From Tubiluchus corallicola (taxonomy: Eukaryota; Animalia; Priapulida): DNA of 64,000 bases. The notes beneath the pieces were generated by a model. The model ran no database searches, had not been told where the DNA came from, and saw only the letters and a list, made by a program, of their open reading frames with translations. The DNA lies in the NCBI GenBank assembly GCA_030141605.1, contig JAQGDQ010000123.1, forward strand, positions 186,001 to 250,000. Reading direction: 5' to 3'. The position numbers were made by a program, and so were the translations under genes. Positions 1-25,684 of the stretch are shown in pieces (position 1 is the stretch's first letter; each line of letters begins with the position of its first letter).

Positions 1-51
1 TATACAGCTCACTTTATAACAAGTGTTTTACTAAGCTGTATTGTGTTGCAG

Positions 52-13461
<13,410 letters not shown>

Positions 13462-14886
13462 TAGTTACCAAGTTTGTATTGCAATCTAAAATTAGCTGTG
13501 TCGTCCAAAGATTTTGAATACCATTGATATTATTTCAGCCAGCTAAATGCATAATTGAGTACATTTTAGAAGAATTTGTATAAAATTTTAATGAAGCCTT
13601 TGTTGAATGTATAGCAATTTCAGTAAAGCCAATGCAAATTTATCATCAAATAACTAACACGTGAAAATTTCAGATTTTGAAATCAAAGTTGACAATTACT
13701 TAAAGCTGTGCAAGGGTTCTTCAGAGTAACTCATAGTATAGCATTCAACTACAATAGGCCTTTAAAAGGACATGTATCTGTTGCTGTTTGCATTAGATAT
13801 ATTCATAAAGACACCAAAGACACTGAAGTTGCTTTAAAATTTTATCTTGAAACATGATCATTTTGAACTTGTTTTTTAGAAACTGATGTGATAGTTGAAC
13901 TAGTTTTATTTTTTTAAGTGTAAGTAGTGTTTAATATTAATTGCTTATTAAGTATGGACAGCTGATTCAGGTGCTCAGTGCATTGTCTGTAAGGTGTCTG
14001 AAATTTGTCTTTTTAAATGGAAACTGCATTTTAAAGTAAGTTTCAAAATACTCTTACCATAAATGCACTCATACATCCGTATTTCATTTTTAATTGCTCA
14101 TGTTTAATGCAAATGGTATTAAATGCTAACATAATGAGGTTTTAGTTCTGAAACAGAATACACACTGCACAAAAAATTCCATTTTGTAGTAACAAGATTG
14201 CATATAATCAGTAAGTCAGTTTTGAAAGCTTTCATTTTCATCATTAATGCATCAAATTTATCACCAATCAATCGTGTAAAAATATTATTTTAATGTTTGT
14301 TGTCTTCCTTGGCTAGTGAAAGTAAGCCATTCGCATTTTTTTTCACTGAGTTTATTGCATTAAATTTTTAGCCTGATTGTTATATATTGCTGTGTACCTG
14401 TTACGTAAAACATGATTGGGTATGTGTTTAATTGCAAATTTTGTTATTGCTGAATTTTAAAGCAAAATCTACAGTTGTTGTTTTTAGTGCTGAGAGGAAG
14501 ATGCACGCACAGTAGGGGCCTACTAGTTCAATGTTAATTAACTGAAAAAATGAAACTTGTATATTGTTAGTTTGTTATACATCATTATAGAGAAATTTGA
14601 TTTTAAATGATAGTAATTTGGAATAAATTCAGAAATATTAATCGCACTAGCTATTTGTATTCGTGTTTTATTTCAACTTGTGTGCTGTACTTTAGTGATG
14701 TGGCAACTTATCACTAAAGTATGCATTATGACAACCCAATATCTGTGGAAGACAGAATGTTACGTGTCAAAATAAATAAAAACTGTATGCAATTAAGACA
14801 CAGTTTGCAGAGGGAAGGTATCACATGACTATCATTTTTTACTGCTTGCTTTAAGTAGTTATTGCATATCTCTAGTATTTAATGCT

Positions 14887-16547
14887 GATCCAAAGGTGTA
14901 TAAAAAATCTGCAATTTGTAATTCATATTTTGCACACCAAAAATCACTTTTCCACGAATGCATCTAGTAAGATTCATTTCTAAACATACAGACACCGAGT
15001 TAAGTGAAGCAGCAAAGAGCTCTAAAATCTACAAAGACAAATGCCAATAGGAGGTGAAGCCCGAAGCAAAAATCGAAAAGGACATAAAGACAAGGTTTAA
15101 AAAGTTATTAGTTTTTTTAACTTAAACATGTGATAATTAAGTTTATAATAAAGGCATAGGTAGCACAAAACATTAATTATAATATTCAATTACGAGATTT
15201 TTTTATTGGCATTTCGTAGTGCCAGATTCCATATTCACAGTACATTTTCCATAAGATAACTGAACAACTACTTTGCATTCTATATACCTCCACCTTAAAG
15301 TGGAAGGACATAATAAATATTATTTTATTATTAAGTCATTTGGAATGTGAGAATGTTTTGAATAGGTTACTCCAAAATTTCCATAAATGCACTGATAAAT
15401 TGTACACTACATTGTTAACTAAGCACAGTAAAATAACACTAATATTTATGTTTCAATGACTTTTTCAAAAAATGTGTGTGCGTGTGTGGGCATGCATGCA
15501 TGTGTAGGTCAGCGCACATAATATTATAATATTAAGTAATTAATTTGCAGTGGCATGCTGTCCACACATGCTTCATACATACATACATACACTTTCATTC
15601 TTCCAATTTCAACTATTGTCCATTAGTTTCATATTTTTGCGGTACAACAAACACACACACATTTGAAAAATGACAAGAACGTGCCTTTGCATTTTGTCTT
15701 TAATGATTATGACACATTGTTGAAAAAAGTTAAAATGAAAAAAACCTTGTGGAAATAGGCAAAGATTAGTAGCAATAGAGGTATTTCAAATTTTACATAA
15801 ACTCTGTCCAGAAAGCTTATAAAACATGGTTAATCTGAGAAATTTTTTCTATCAAATGCAATATGATAGCATCTTAAATATTCCCAGGGTATGCACAAAA
15901 TTATTATGGAAAAAAAGTTTTCGATATTCGGCTTCTAAAATCTGGAATGAATTGCTCAATCATTTACGCATAGTCACTAACTATAATGTTTTCTTGAGAC
16001 AAATTAACAAATGGAGCGTGGACATTTGTAGATGCTCAGCTTGTGCTACCTAATTTGTGTCAATTATTTTCAAGTACTTTGTACCTTTATTGTTTTAGTG
16101 AATCAGTTTTAGTGTTTTCTGATCATTTTATCTCCACAATTCTTTCCATGTGCTTAGAATTAAGTAATGTTCACCTTTTTAAAAATTTCTATTATTCATT
16201 TTTGTTACTTTCACATTTTGATTTTATTTCCAATTTGAATAAGATTTTTTTCTATTTTAGTAAAAATTTTAGCATTGCGTATTTTAGTCGATATAGCCTA
16301 TTTGGCTAATGTTCTTCCGTTGTACACCCGACTTTAAATAAAGATTTAGTATGTATGCATGTATGTCTATATGCAAGATCCAAGGTGTATAAACAAATCT
16401 GTAATTCCTAATTAGCATTTTGCAGGCAAAGAAATCAGTGTTCCACGAATCCACCTAGTAAGATTCATTTCTAAACATACAGACATTTAGTTAAGAGAAG
16501 CAGCACAGAGCTCTAAAATCTACGCAGAAAATGCCCGAAGGAGGTGA
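14887..16547. repeat. Pair of diverged ~170-bp direct repeats (14887-15057 and 16377-16547)
   Basis: Both read GATCCAA(A)GGTGTATAAA...TTCCACGAAT...CTAGTAAGATTCATTTCTAAACATACAGACA...AAGCAGCA.AGAGCTCTAAAATCTAC...GGAGGTGA. Confidence 0.85.
15660..16370 (+). mobile_element. 5'-truncated non-LTR retrotransposon 3' end (L2/Crack/Daphne-like)
   Basis: ORF 15826-16053 ends KKSFRYSASKIWNEL...INKWSVDICRCSAC, typical of CR1-group ORF2 C-termini. It is followed by a T-rich 3' UTR, AATAAA (~16337) and a short (GTAT)n tail. Confidence 0.65.
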
Positions 16548-18441
16548 CGAAAGTTTTCTCTTGTGCAAATTTCTATGGTTGGACCTTCTTGCTCATCGTA
16601 CACCTGATGTTGACGAAAATCACCGTGGCAACGCAAACGTGACGAGCAGACTTCGTCAAAATTACGAGTTTTTTCAGAAACGCGCGATTATACTTTCTGA
16701 AGCTTTTCTGTTTAGTAGCAATGGATCCGAAAAAGGTTTCTATTTCTATTTACTGCTTTAGTTTCTACTAGTCGTTATAATTCCTGTTTTTTTGTAAAAT
16801 AAATTGGAAGTGATCAGGGTGTAATTTCATATACACGGTTTGATAAGTTTATAATAATCATTAGTTTTTACTACTGTTTTCGATGCATTTATTTTTTATG
16901 ATAATGGTGCATGATAATTAATCTGGACACTCATTTATAGCATAAAAATAAATGCATGATATAGTTACAGTGACTATAGATATTTCACAAGTTTGGAAGT
17001 AGTTAATATAGATTATAGGGAATGCAGCAGTAAAAATTTTATTACTAAAATTCAAGATTGGATATTTTCCGACAGATTAAAAAGAATAAAACAAACGAAA
17101 AATTCTAAAACAATGCACACAATATATTAGGAATTCAGGTTTGAAGTAGACTGTATGCGGTGTGTGTATATTATGGGCACTGAATAGCATACAGCCCAGT
17201 CTCGGATGTGCCTAGAGTTGAAAAAGCATTAAATAACTTGAATGGTAGTAAAGTTCATGATAATGTTTCTGCAATTAAAGCTGTTAAAGGAAATGTCTGT
17301 ACAGCGGGTCGTGGAACAACGCATGCACCCAGCTAGGGGGTTTGGGGCCATTAACCACCAATGCATTTTCCCGTATTTAAGAATATTTTGGAGGCCTCAA
17401 ATGAGATCTAAATTCTGGTACACAGAATGTCTCATACGTGAAAATGTACTTATAATAAGTCAAGTAGCTATTGGCTGATCAACTTTGTAGTTATTGATTG
17501 ATTGTTGTTGAAATTTTGAAATACAATGTAATACAACCAAACTATAAGCTCTAAACTTGGAAAAAATTAGGAAAACCTTTATGGCTTTTTGTTCTACTGT
17601 GAAAAATAAGTTAGCAAAGAAGGAAGACTGCTGTAAACCTTTCAGTCAAAATTTTACTTATGATTCATAACATATTTAAGACTGATTGGATATAAATGTA
17701 TTAAAACTCAATTGTCGTTTGTCAAATTGCCAGGGGCTTGCCACATTGCTAATTAACTTGGAGTCATATCCTGGGTGAAATTTCCTAAATTTAGCGGCTT
17801 CATAAGTCAAAACCCTTGTGTGAATCACAAAATATTGTCTCTAATCTGTGATGTTTCATTAGAGCAGCTAAGTTCAGTGGTGCACCACACGTTCCAGAGT
17901 GCTACCTGCTGTATTCCCAGACAATTTTTTGCATTGTCTAGCAGTTCTATTTCATTGTGATCACATTTTACGCTATGTTTACACTGAAGCAGCAATTCTT
18001 GGCAAATCAGGAGAAAGATTATCACTAAAATCTCGATTAAAATTCCAAATTGGGAGAGTTGTAATGTCTGGCAATTATTGTAACTAATGCGGCTCTACGC
18101 TATAGTTAGGTAGTGTTGTAACGTCTTGGCAACATTTGTAACTTTGTTAGAAACTTTATAGAACATTTAACATAAGTGTTTCTTGCTTATTAATCTGTTT
18201 ATTCACAAAGACTGCTGCCATGATAAGTCTAGAGAATGTAACGGTTCGTGGCTTGCCCGCTGAAAACAGTGAGGGGAAACCTTAGTGAGCACAAACATAA
18301 AAAAACCATAGATAAGAACATGTCACATCCTCTTCCTTTTAAAAGTAAGTAACATAGACCAACTAAACTGAAAAACATCAATCTAAGCAGATATCAAGGT
18401 CACAAAATTAAAGGTCAACATCAAGGTTATCAATACTCAAA

Positions 18442-18774
18442 CTAGGTAACATAATCATTAAGAAACTTAGGTCTCTGAATGCGCCTACCAGAACGTGTTC
18501 TAATCTCGTTATCATTCCTCTGTCTGTTATCATTAAGTGTGTCTGGTATCACGTCTTGTTTCTGTCTCATGTTGTCGTATGGGCAGTATACAGATTCATT
18601 TATATAAGTCTCAGACGTCTTGCACAGATGAACTCTGTTTCTTCTGTACACCAACATTAAGGTTACAAGGTAAGACCTTTCACCAATCTTCCGTATCACT
18701 ATAGCTTTCTCCCACATCTTCCCTTTTTGTAGAGGGTCCATACGTACAACATCCCCAACCATTAATTGAATCAA
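18442..18774 (-). pseudogene. Frameshifted integrase C-terminal segment of the Gypsy element
   Basis: LMVGDVVRM...WEKAIV...RSYLV...YRRNRVHL and TRSGRRIQRPKFLNDYV, the usual C-terminal tail of this Gypsy group, out of frame with Pol. Confidence 0.8.
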
Positions 18775-18783
18775 AGGTTTCGC

Positions 18784-21423
18784 CTATTGGTTGTAATATG
18801 TAGCTTGGCGATCCTTCTGAGCAATGATTTTCTCTCTAGTATTTGGCACAAATTTCGGCTCTAGCAAGGAAGATGGCATTGGTAGTGTAGTCCGTGTCCG
18901 TCTTCCAAACAATCGTTGAGCTGGTGATGCATTAAGAACTTCCGCTGGTGTATTTCTATAAGCCAATAGAGACAAGTATGGGTCTTCTTTTGCAACTAGC
19001 GCTTTCTTCATCAAACGCTTAGCAGTGTTGACAGCATTCTCAACTTTGCCATTCGATTTTGGATACCTCGGTGAAGAACTTTCATGCTGGAAGCCATAAA
19101 TTTTAGCAAAAGTTTTAAACTCTTGAGAATCAAATGGCACATTATCAGAACGGAGCATTTCTGGTATTCCATGCCGAGAAAAATGTGCTTTCAACTTTGT
19201 TATGACTGTTCTAGGTTCTTTTGATTCAAGCTTGTCTATTTCAAAGAAGTTGGAATAATAGTCAGCAGTTATGAGATAATCAGTATTATTTACCTCACAC
19301 AGATCACTTCCTACAATCTGCCATGGTCGAGTTGCAATTTGTGGAATCAATTCCTCCTTTTGCTGTGACCGTGGATATGCATTACAGATTTCACACTTTT
19401 GAATGTAAGATTCAAAATCAGCGTTCATCCGGGGCCAGAATACAACTTCACCTGCTCTTCGCAAGCAGCCTTGTATTCCCATGTGGCAAGCATGAACCAG
19501 TCTAATGAAAGACAGCCTTTCGCTCGATGGGTATACAATTCTCTCACCTTTAAATATCAAACCTTCGTTTATTGCCAGTTCGTCTCTATTATTAAAGTAT
19601 TGCCGTAGATCCGGTTGCACCTCAGACACTTTGCAAGGCCAGCCAGACCTAATCATAGATTGCAAAGCTTTCACTGTAGCCACTTTGAGCAATTCAAGTT
19701 TCTCATCTTTAAAAGTAGCAGGTACGTATTCCAAAGCACGTACAGTTTCAAATTCTAAAGCAATGTCATCAGTCTCGGGGAGAGAAGCACGAGACAAGGT
19801 GTCAGCCATCAGCATGGTTGCTCCTTTCCTATATACTACTTCAACATCATAGTTTTGCAGCACCAACATCATGCACTGTATTCTCTTAGGAGCACTAAGT
19901 ATGCTCTTCTTGAGTATGGATTCTAGAGGCTTGTGATCAGTTTCCAGTTTTACTTTACGAGCGTAGCAGCAGTGGTCAAACTTTTGAATACCAAAAATTA
20001 GACTCAGCATTTCCTTTTCAAGTTGCGCATAGTTCTGTTCGGTTGCAGTCAAAGTTCGAGAGGCGAATGCAATTGGTTGACCATTCTGCATTAGACATGC
20101 ACCTAAGCCTGACTGACTGCTGTCACATTGCAGAGTAAGTTTTTCATCTGGGTTGTAATATCTGAGCACGGGAGACGTAGTTATGAGCTTTTTAACCTGT
20201 GCAAATACCTCTTGTTGTTCAAAGTTCCATCTGAATTCTGTTTTGTCAGACATTACGTTACTAATAGGTTTAAAGACTTCAGAAAGCATAGGCAAAAACT
20301 TTGCCAAGTAATTGACAAAACCACACAGTCTTCTTACTCCCGTCTTATCGATTGGAGCCGGCATATTTTGCACCGCTGCGACCTTGTCGGGGTCAGCTTT
20401 AATACCATTAGCACTCAGAATATGCCCGTGGTATCGCACTTCACTACGTTGAATCTGACTTTTATCTGGATTCAGTTTTATATTTCTTTCACGACATCGT
20501 TCAAAGAATGCTCTCAGTTTGTTGTTATGGTCAACACCGGCTTCTGTAATGGTAGCACCACAACCATAAATTAGTACGTCATCATGGAAGTCTTCTTTTC
20601 CTTTTAAGCCTTGTATTTGCTCATCCATTTTCTTCTGAAAAATCTCAGGCCAAGCTGAAATCCCAAACGGAGCTCTAGTATAACGATATCTACCGAACGG
20701 AGTATCAAATGTTGTTAGATCTTTGGTCTTTTCTTCTAGCTTCATGTGATGAAACCCACTTGTCACTTTGAAAGTAGAAAAGAGCTTCGCATTGCACAGT
20801 CTAGGAGTAAGCTCCTCCATTGTAGGAATATGGTAGATTTCTCGTCTGATAGCATTATTCAGTGGTTTAGGATCCAAGCAGATTCTGATACTCCCCGAAC
20901 GTTTAGTAGCAGTTGTGTAAGCGTTAACCCAGTCAGTAGGGTGGTCTGCACGTTCAGTGATGTTGTTTTGTTCGAGTCTGTCAAGTTCAGCTTTAAATTT
21001 ATCTCGCATGTTATAAGGAAATCGCCTACATGGTTGTACAACTGGCGGTACAGTAGGATCAATTTTCAAACTTACACATCCAGGGAATTCTCCTGGTACC
21101 TCACTGAAAATATCAGAAAATTCAGTTAGTAAAGCATTACAATCAGCAACACTACAAACATCTGAAACATGTGCTGTAGGCCTAGTACTGCTATCACTAC
21201 ACAACATATTAGCAACATTGGCTGATTCAACCCTTTTGAAGTTATTTTCATTTACAGTAATAAGCTTCATTTGTTGTGAAGCACGAGAACCTAACAATGG
21301 TACATAATTTTCGTTTACGACCAAAAAGTTCACAGAGTAACTTTTCTTATTCACTGGATTTACAATTGGCAATCTGACTTGCCCAATGGGACTTATTTTA
21401 GTTATGTTCCACATTTCTAACAC
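18784..21423 (-). CDS. Gypsy Pol (protease tail, RT, RNase H, integrase), probably inactive
   Basis: IRICLDPKPLN, TPFGRY, PFG, FHDD, LQCDSS, TDHKPL, ADTLSR, H-H-C-C zinc finger, GSDL / RSDN / SNGKVE integrase triad. The first RT catalytic Asp position reads FSTFKV. Confidence 0.92.
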   Translation of the reverse strand: MLEMWNITKISPIGQVRLPIVNPVNKKSYSVNFLVVNENYVPLLGSRASQQMKLITVNENNFKRVESANVANMLCSDSSTRPTAHVSDVCSVADCNALLTEFSDIFSEVPGEFPGCVSLKIDPTVPPVVQPCRRFPYNMRDKFKAELDRLEQNNITERADHPTDWVNAYTTATKRSGSIRICLDPKPLNNAIRREIYHIPTMEELTPRLCNAKLFSTFKVTSGFHHMKLEEKTKDLTTFDTPFGRYRYTRAPFGISAWPEIFQKKMDEQIQGLKGKEDFHDDVLIYGCGATITEAGVDHNNKLRAFFERCRERNIKLNPDKSQIQRSEVRYHGHILSANGIKADPDKVAAVQNMPAPIDKTGVRRLCGFVNYLAKFLPMLSEVFKPISNVMSDKTEFRWNFEQQEVFAQVKKLITTSPVLRYYNPDEKLTLQCDSSQSGLGACLMQNGQPIAFASRTLTATEQNYAQLEKEMLSLIFGIQKFDHCCYARKVKLETDHKPLESILKKSILSAPKRIQCMMLVLQNYDVEVVYRKGATMLMADTLSRASLPETDDIALEFETVRALEYVPATFKDEKLELLKVATVKALQSMIRSGWPCKVSEVQPDLRQYFNNRDELAINEGLIFKGERIVYPSSERLSFIRLVHACHMGIQGCLRRAGEVVFWPRMNADFESYIQKCEICNAYPRSQQKEELIPQIATRPWQIVGSDLCEVNNTDYLITADYYSNFFEIDKLESKEPRTVITKLKAHFSRHGIPEMLRSDNVPFDSQEFKTFAKIYGFQHESSSPRYPKSNGKVENAVNTAKRLMKKALVAKEDPYLSLLAYRNTPAEVLNASPAQRLFGRRTRTTLPMPSSLLEPKFVPNTREKIIAQKDRQATYYNQ

Positions 21424-21428
21424 AGTCT

Positions 21429-22499
21429 TTACAGTAGAAGTTTATCACACAAGTGATGCGGCACAAGTCTTTCAGGTATAATGTTTATACTGGCCCCACA
21501 ATCGATCTGAAAAATCGTAGGTGTACCCGCCATAAGCCATTCACTGTAAATCTGAGGCTGTTGCGTGGTACACTGTTCAGCATCATGAACAGTATGAGTT
21601 ACAGTTCCAATCGCATGCTCATTCGACTGTTCCTCACAGTTTGCCATGTCAAAGACAATTTGGCTTCTTCTCGACGGAAATGATTTTGCACGAGTGTCAG
21701 TTCTACCTCTAGATTTGCACATAGACTGAAAATGATTTTTTCCATGGCAAATGTTACATGTTTTGCCATAAGCAGGACATTTATTTTTGTCCCATTCATG
21801 CTTACGCCCACAGAAGTGACAGTCAATCACCTTTTTCTTAGTACCCGTGGCTTTACTAGCACTACCTTTATTAGTTTTGGGTTTGACAGCTTGCACTTGT
21901 TCAGAGTAGGAAGCTTGTTCAGCCTTTATATTTTTAAGTTGACTTGCAGACTCAGCAAACGAGCGACAAATAGTTATGCAGCTACTCAATGTTAGTTTTG
22001 ACTCTTGCAGTAGTCGCTTACGAGTAATATTGTCAGTTATGCCTAGAACTATCCGATCCCGTATCAGACTATCAGTTAGATTGCCGTAATTACACCTTTT
22101 GGCTAGTGTGCGCAAAGATGAGACATAGGCGTCGATTGTTTCACGAGGATTTTGATCGCGTTTATTAAAACAATATCTTTTGTAAGTTTCATTAGTTTCT
22201 CCAACACAAAATGCTTCAAATTTTTGTAGAACCATTGCAACATTTGTTTTATCTGCCTCATTTTCAAATTCTAGTCCATCAAAAATTTCCACACACTCAG
22301 GACCCAAAACGGTCAATAATGTGGCTGTTCTAACAGCATAATTTGCTTCATTGAGCTTCAAAGCCACCTCATAATTGTCCCACATGCGACGAAATTTTCG
22401 CCATTTCACAGCTAAATTTCCATGCAGGTCTAGTCTAGGTGGTGCAGGTAGAACACTATACGGGGAAGTAACTTGAATATGACCTTCGCCATCAGCCAT
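21429..22499 (-). CDS. Gypsy Gag with two CCHC knuckles plus N-terminal aspartic protease
   Basis: W..F...W N-terminal motif, LIRDRIVLG, CHFCGRKH...C and CNICHGKNHFQSMC knuckles, protease motif FQIDCGAS; frame breaks just after. Confidence 0.9.
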   Translation of the reverse strand: MADGEGHIQVTSPYSVLPAPPRLDLHGNLAVKWRKFRRMWDNYEVALKLNEANYAVRTATLLTVLGPECVEIFDGLEFENEADKTNVAMVLQKFEAFCVGETNETYKRYCFNKRDQNPRETIDAYVSSLRTLAKRCNYGNLTDSLIRDRIVLGITDNITRKRLLQESKLTLSSCITICRSFAESASQLKNIKAEQASYSEQVQAVKPKTNKGSASKATGTKKKVIDCHFCGRKHEWDKNKCPAYGKTCNICHGKNHFQSMCKSRGRTDTRAKSFPSRRSQIVFDMANCEEQSNEHAIGTVTHTVHDAEQCTTQQPQIYSEWLMAGTPTIFQIDCGASINIIPERLVPHHLCDKLLL

Positions 22500-23763
22500 T
22501 TTATCCTACCACAGTCTTCCCGAGAGAAATTTTGGCGTTACTCAAAGAAGTGATGTTATCAGCGTATCCGTAGTTAAGCACTCGCTGATAACTTCCATCC
22601 GTACTACCATGTAACGTCTTGGCAACATTTGTAACTTTGTTAGAAACTTTATAGAACATTTAACATAAATGTTTCTTGCTTATTAATCTGTTTATTCACA
22701 AAGACTGCTGCCATGATAAGTCTAGAGAATGTAACGCCTAGTGGCTTGCCCGCTGAAAACAGTGAGGGGAAACCTTAGTGAGCACAAACATTAAAATATA
22801 AACCATAGATAAGAACACGTCACAAGTGTAAGTCAATTTTAATGATGCAGTCTGCCGCTTGAACCAAATCTGTACATTGTTGTAAAGCCAACCCTTACGT
22901 CCTAGCTAATTAAAAATAAATTAATTTAGGAACGATGTAAAGGAAATGCTTACCACACATGCGCATCTTGCATACTGAAGTCCAACTATTCCATTAACTC
23001 TACGCTAAAGTCCTATGATGGGATAGCTATACTAAAACAATAAAAATACTGGCATGTTGAAAACTAAAATTAACACAATGAAACATTTAAACAGTACAGT
23101 AATTAGTAAAACACTTAAACTATAAATCATGATTTAGCACTCTGGAACATCTATAGAAATCGACTACAGTACATGTTAAATAATGGCTTAGACAAACCAC
23201 ATGATGCACATAGACATTCATGTATAGCTGGGCCAGCATTAACCCAAGTTGAATACACGGCAGCATTTCTCTCGCGGATAGGCCTAGGTCTAGGAAAAAA
23301 CAATGCTGTCGCTAATTGTGATTGGACAATTTCCGATTAAGCCACGTCTTCATGCGCCCCGTCCGAAATTGTATTGAGTCTGATTTCAGACGTTGAGTTG
23401 GAAAATGCCGTGAATGCTTACAGCTGCTTTGCTGCGTAATGTAATGGTTTCGCAAAACCTATAGCCTACCGACGTTATAATACAATATGGGTGCAAAATA
23501 TTATTATGATAAATATTAGCAATAATAGTTAATTATTATAAATATTTACAAGTGCTTTTTACATCGTAATAATTTTTGGAAATTAGAAGGCATGCAGTGC
23601 TTGCATGGCATGTATGGACTGCACGCCACTGCTGTGCAGAGTGCTCATAATATTAGCTCAAAATTTTCAAAACTAATTTTAGATTCTGGAATTATTAATG
23701 GAAACATGCTTTAATAATCTTCACATGTCAAAGATCAGAGGGAGAGAACAAAAGTGGAACAGG

Positions 23764-23791
23764 GAGAGAGATAGAGAGAGAGAGAGAGAGA
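23764..23791. repeat. (AG)n microsatellite
   Basis: Directly visible dinucleotide run with one interruption. Confidence 0.9.
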
Positions 23792-24568
23792 GGGGTGGGT
23801 AGAGGACTGGTAGAGAAATAGCAAAATGAATATATATATATATGAAGCGTATATGTACTGTGCATTTGAAAATCTGAAATTTATAGTTGCAGTTTGTCAA
23901 TATGCCACCAGTCGGAAAAGCACGTATGCCAAGGCCTAACACGCAGTTGACAGGCATTCCAAATCTTCCACCTATCCCCAAACCAAGTATTTGTGTTTAC
24001 GAAGCTTCACCATTATACAAGGTAGACTTAGACTAGAAAATTAATATTTACTATGTGGTTTAAACTTGTTTTGACTTTTGAGTGAGCTGTATGTACTTTT
24101 GTTGAAACTTTTTAAATTCAATGTCTCTTTGATTATACTTATTCACAAAGTTTCATTTCAAAAATTTACTAATTTTGGATGTAATCATTGTTAATAATCT
24201 CAATTAACATTATAAATATCTAAGGAATAATCAATGCTTGACATTTTACTTATTTGTGATCATAATATCAATAGTTCAAGACTATTGTAAATGACGGCAT
24301 AAACACACAATTGATTGAAGTTTGAAATTTGTAAAGCCGGAAATGTGGTTTCAAAATCTGGAACACCGTCTAGTTTTGAACTATGAACTCTTTGCTAACA
24401 AGGCAAGTGCCATAAACCACTAAACTGTCTTATTCCCCAGCAATTGTGACAGTCCAAAGTACATCCCTTGTAACTTGCTGACCGGTTCAGCATTTCCAAT
24501 GTCAGATCACTCCAACTAGAGTGATTCTGGCTAATTAGATTAATTTTGATTTTGATTTTGAGCCTGAA

Positions 24569-24583
24569 ATTCCCATGGGCAAC
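24569..24583. promoter_or_regulatory. Candidate RFX X-box upstream of the dynein gene
   Basis: ATTCCC-ATG-GGCAAC fits RYYNYY-N1-3-RRNRAC. A forkhead-type TGTTTAC (24771-24777) and a TAGCAAC half site (~24872) lie nearby, upstream of probable 5' exons (donor ~24904; small exon 25028-25053). Short motifs, so chance matches are possible. Confidence 0.4.
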
Positions 24584-25684
24584 TAATTAATTATTTATAA
24601 TCTTAATAGTTAATATGCATTGGGTGTAAGAGTCACGCATTTTAGGCTTTGTTGTTTTCTCGAGCCCGAAAACCAATAAATCGCGACACTCGCATATTTT
24701 AGATCAAGCACAGATCTTATCCTTGTTGCCTCCGTCTTCTTCTGAAACTCATCTTAGAATGTAAATTATTTGTTTACTAAATTTAGTTACTAAAGCTTCC
24801 ACTTTTCATTCATCTCCATTTTCTTTTGTTGAGCAAGTTAGTGCAAATGTTTCATATTTTCCTCGATCAGTTAGCAACAGTTGAAAGAAATTAAGTACCA
24901 GTAGGTAATTATGCATTGTTATTTATTTTATTCTAATACGTTCTAGTCAGAAATTTATGTTCCTTTTATTATTTGCCTCATACATGTAATAACTTGTGGT
25001 AAGTTATTAGGCTTAATCTGTTTTTAGGCTGCAGCTCTTGGATTGAGACAAAAGTAAGTTGAGAAAATGAGATACTGCAAATTGTAATCACAATATTTAA
25101 TTAGATTATGTTACATCTGAAACCTAAACTTGAAGAAGCTCATCAGTATTTAAGTAGGCTTAATATAGTGTATTCGGGAACACTTAAATTTAGCTTGCAT
25201 TTAAACCTTCCAACATGCACTCAAAAGAGTATTATAAAATACACTGGCTCTGCCCGTACTCCTATCGTGAGGTCATTTACCCCTACACCCTGTAACTGAA
25301 TTGTAACGTCTCACTCAGTTGGTTCTCTACTCTTGGCAGCTCTGCATCAATGTTATTGCTAATGATGGTACAAACCCATTGTCCAAAAGCATTGTAAATA
25401 ATTAAGTAATTGCTCTTTAGAATTTCAGGTTCAGCTATCAGAACTAATAAAAACAAAATTTTAGAATCTAAATAGCTAGAATTACCTGGCATGAGTAATA
25501 TAAATCAGAAATCCTGAAATGTTTGGCTAGCGTTGACTTTGAAATGTCATAATCACCGGGGTAGCATTACTTATTCCCATACTTATTAGCATTACTTAAT
25601 CAATAATAATTATCTACACTATAATATACTATAATGCTATACTATAAGATATTATAATAATCAATCTTTGATGACATTTTACAG

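Larger units (their letters stand above)
18117..22824 (-). mobile_element. Ty3/Gypsy LTR retrotransposon (Mag-like), full-length, ORFs disrupted
   Basis: LTRs 18117-18327 and 22610-22824 (TGT...ACA, a few substitutions and one indel apart). TSD AGTGT at 18112-18116 and 22825-22829. Minus-strand PBS TGGTAGTACGGATGG next to the right LTR; PPT (TCCTCTTCCTTTT on +) at 18328-18340. Domain order gag-PR-RT-RH-IN. Confidence 0.96.

Noticed and set aside
17720-18110. Coding-like stretch left of the Gypsy element
   Set aside because: Short interrupted frames with no recognisable motif.
19323-21995. Several + strand ORFs of 60-148 aa
   Set aside because: Antisense shadows of Gypsy gag/pol.
24350-24436. 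Minus-strand tRNA-like A/B box spacing (similar at ~46360-46428)
   Set aside because: Too degenerate to fold as a cloverleaf; at most old SINE heads, not tRNA genes.
25108-25406. Possible extra 5' coding exon(s) of DNAH3 (e.g. ...IANDGTNPLSKSI before GT at ~25394)
   Set aside because: Only weak resemblance to the recalled DNAH3 N-terminus and no consistent start/splice chain could be established.
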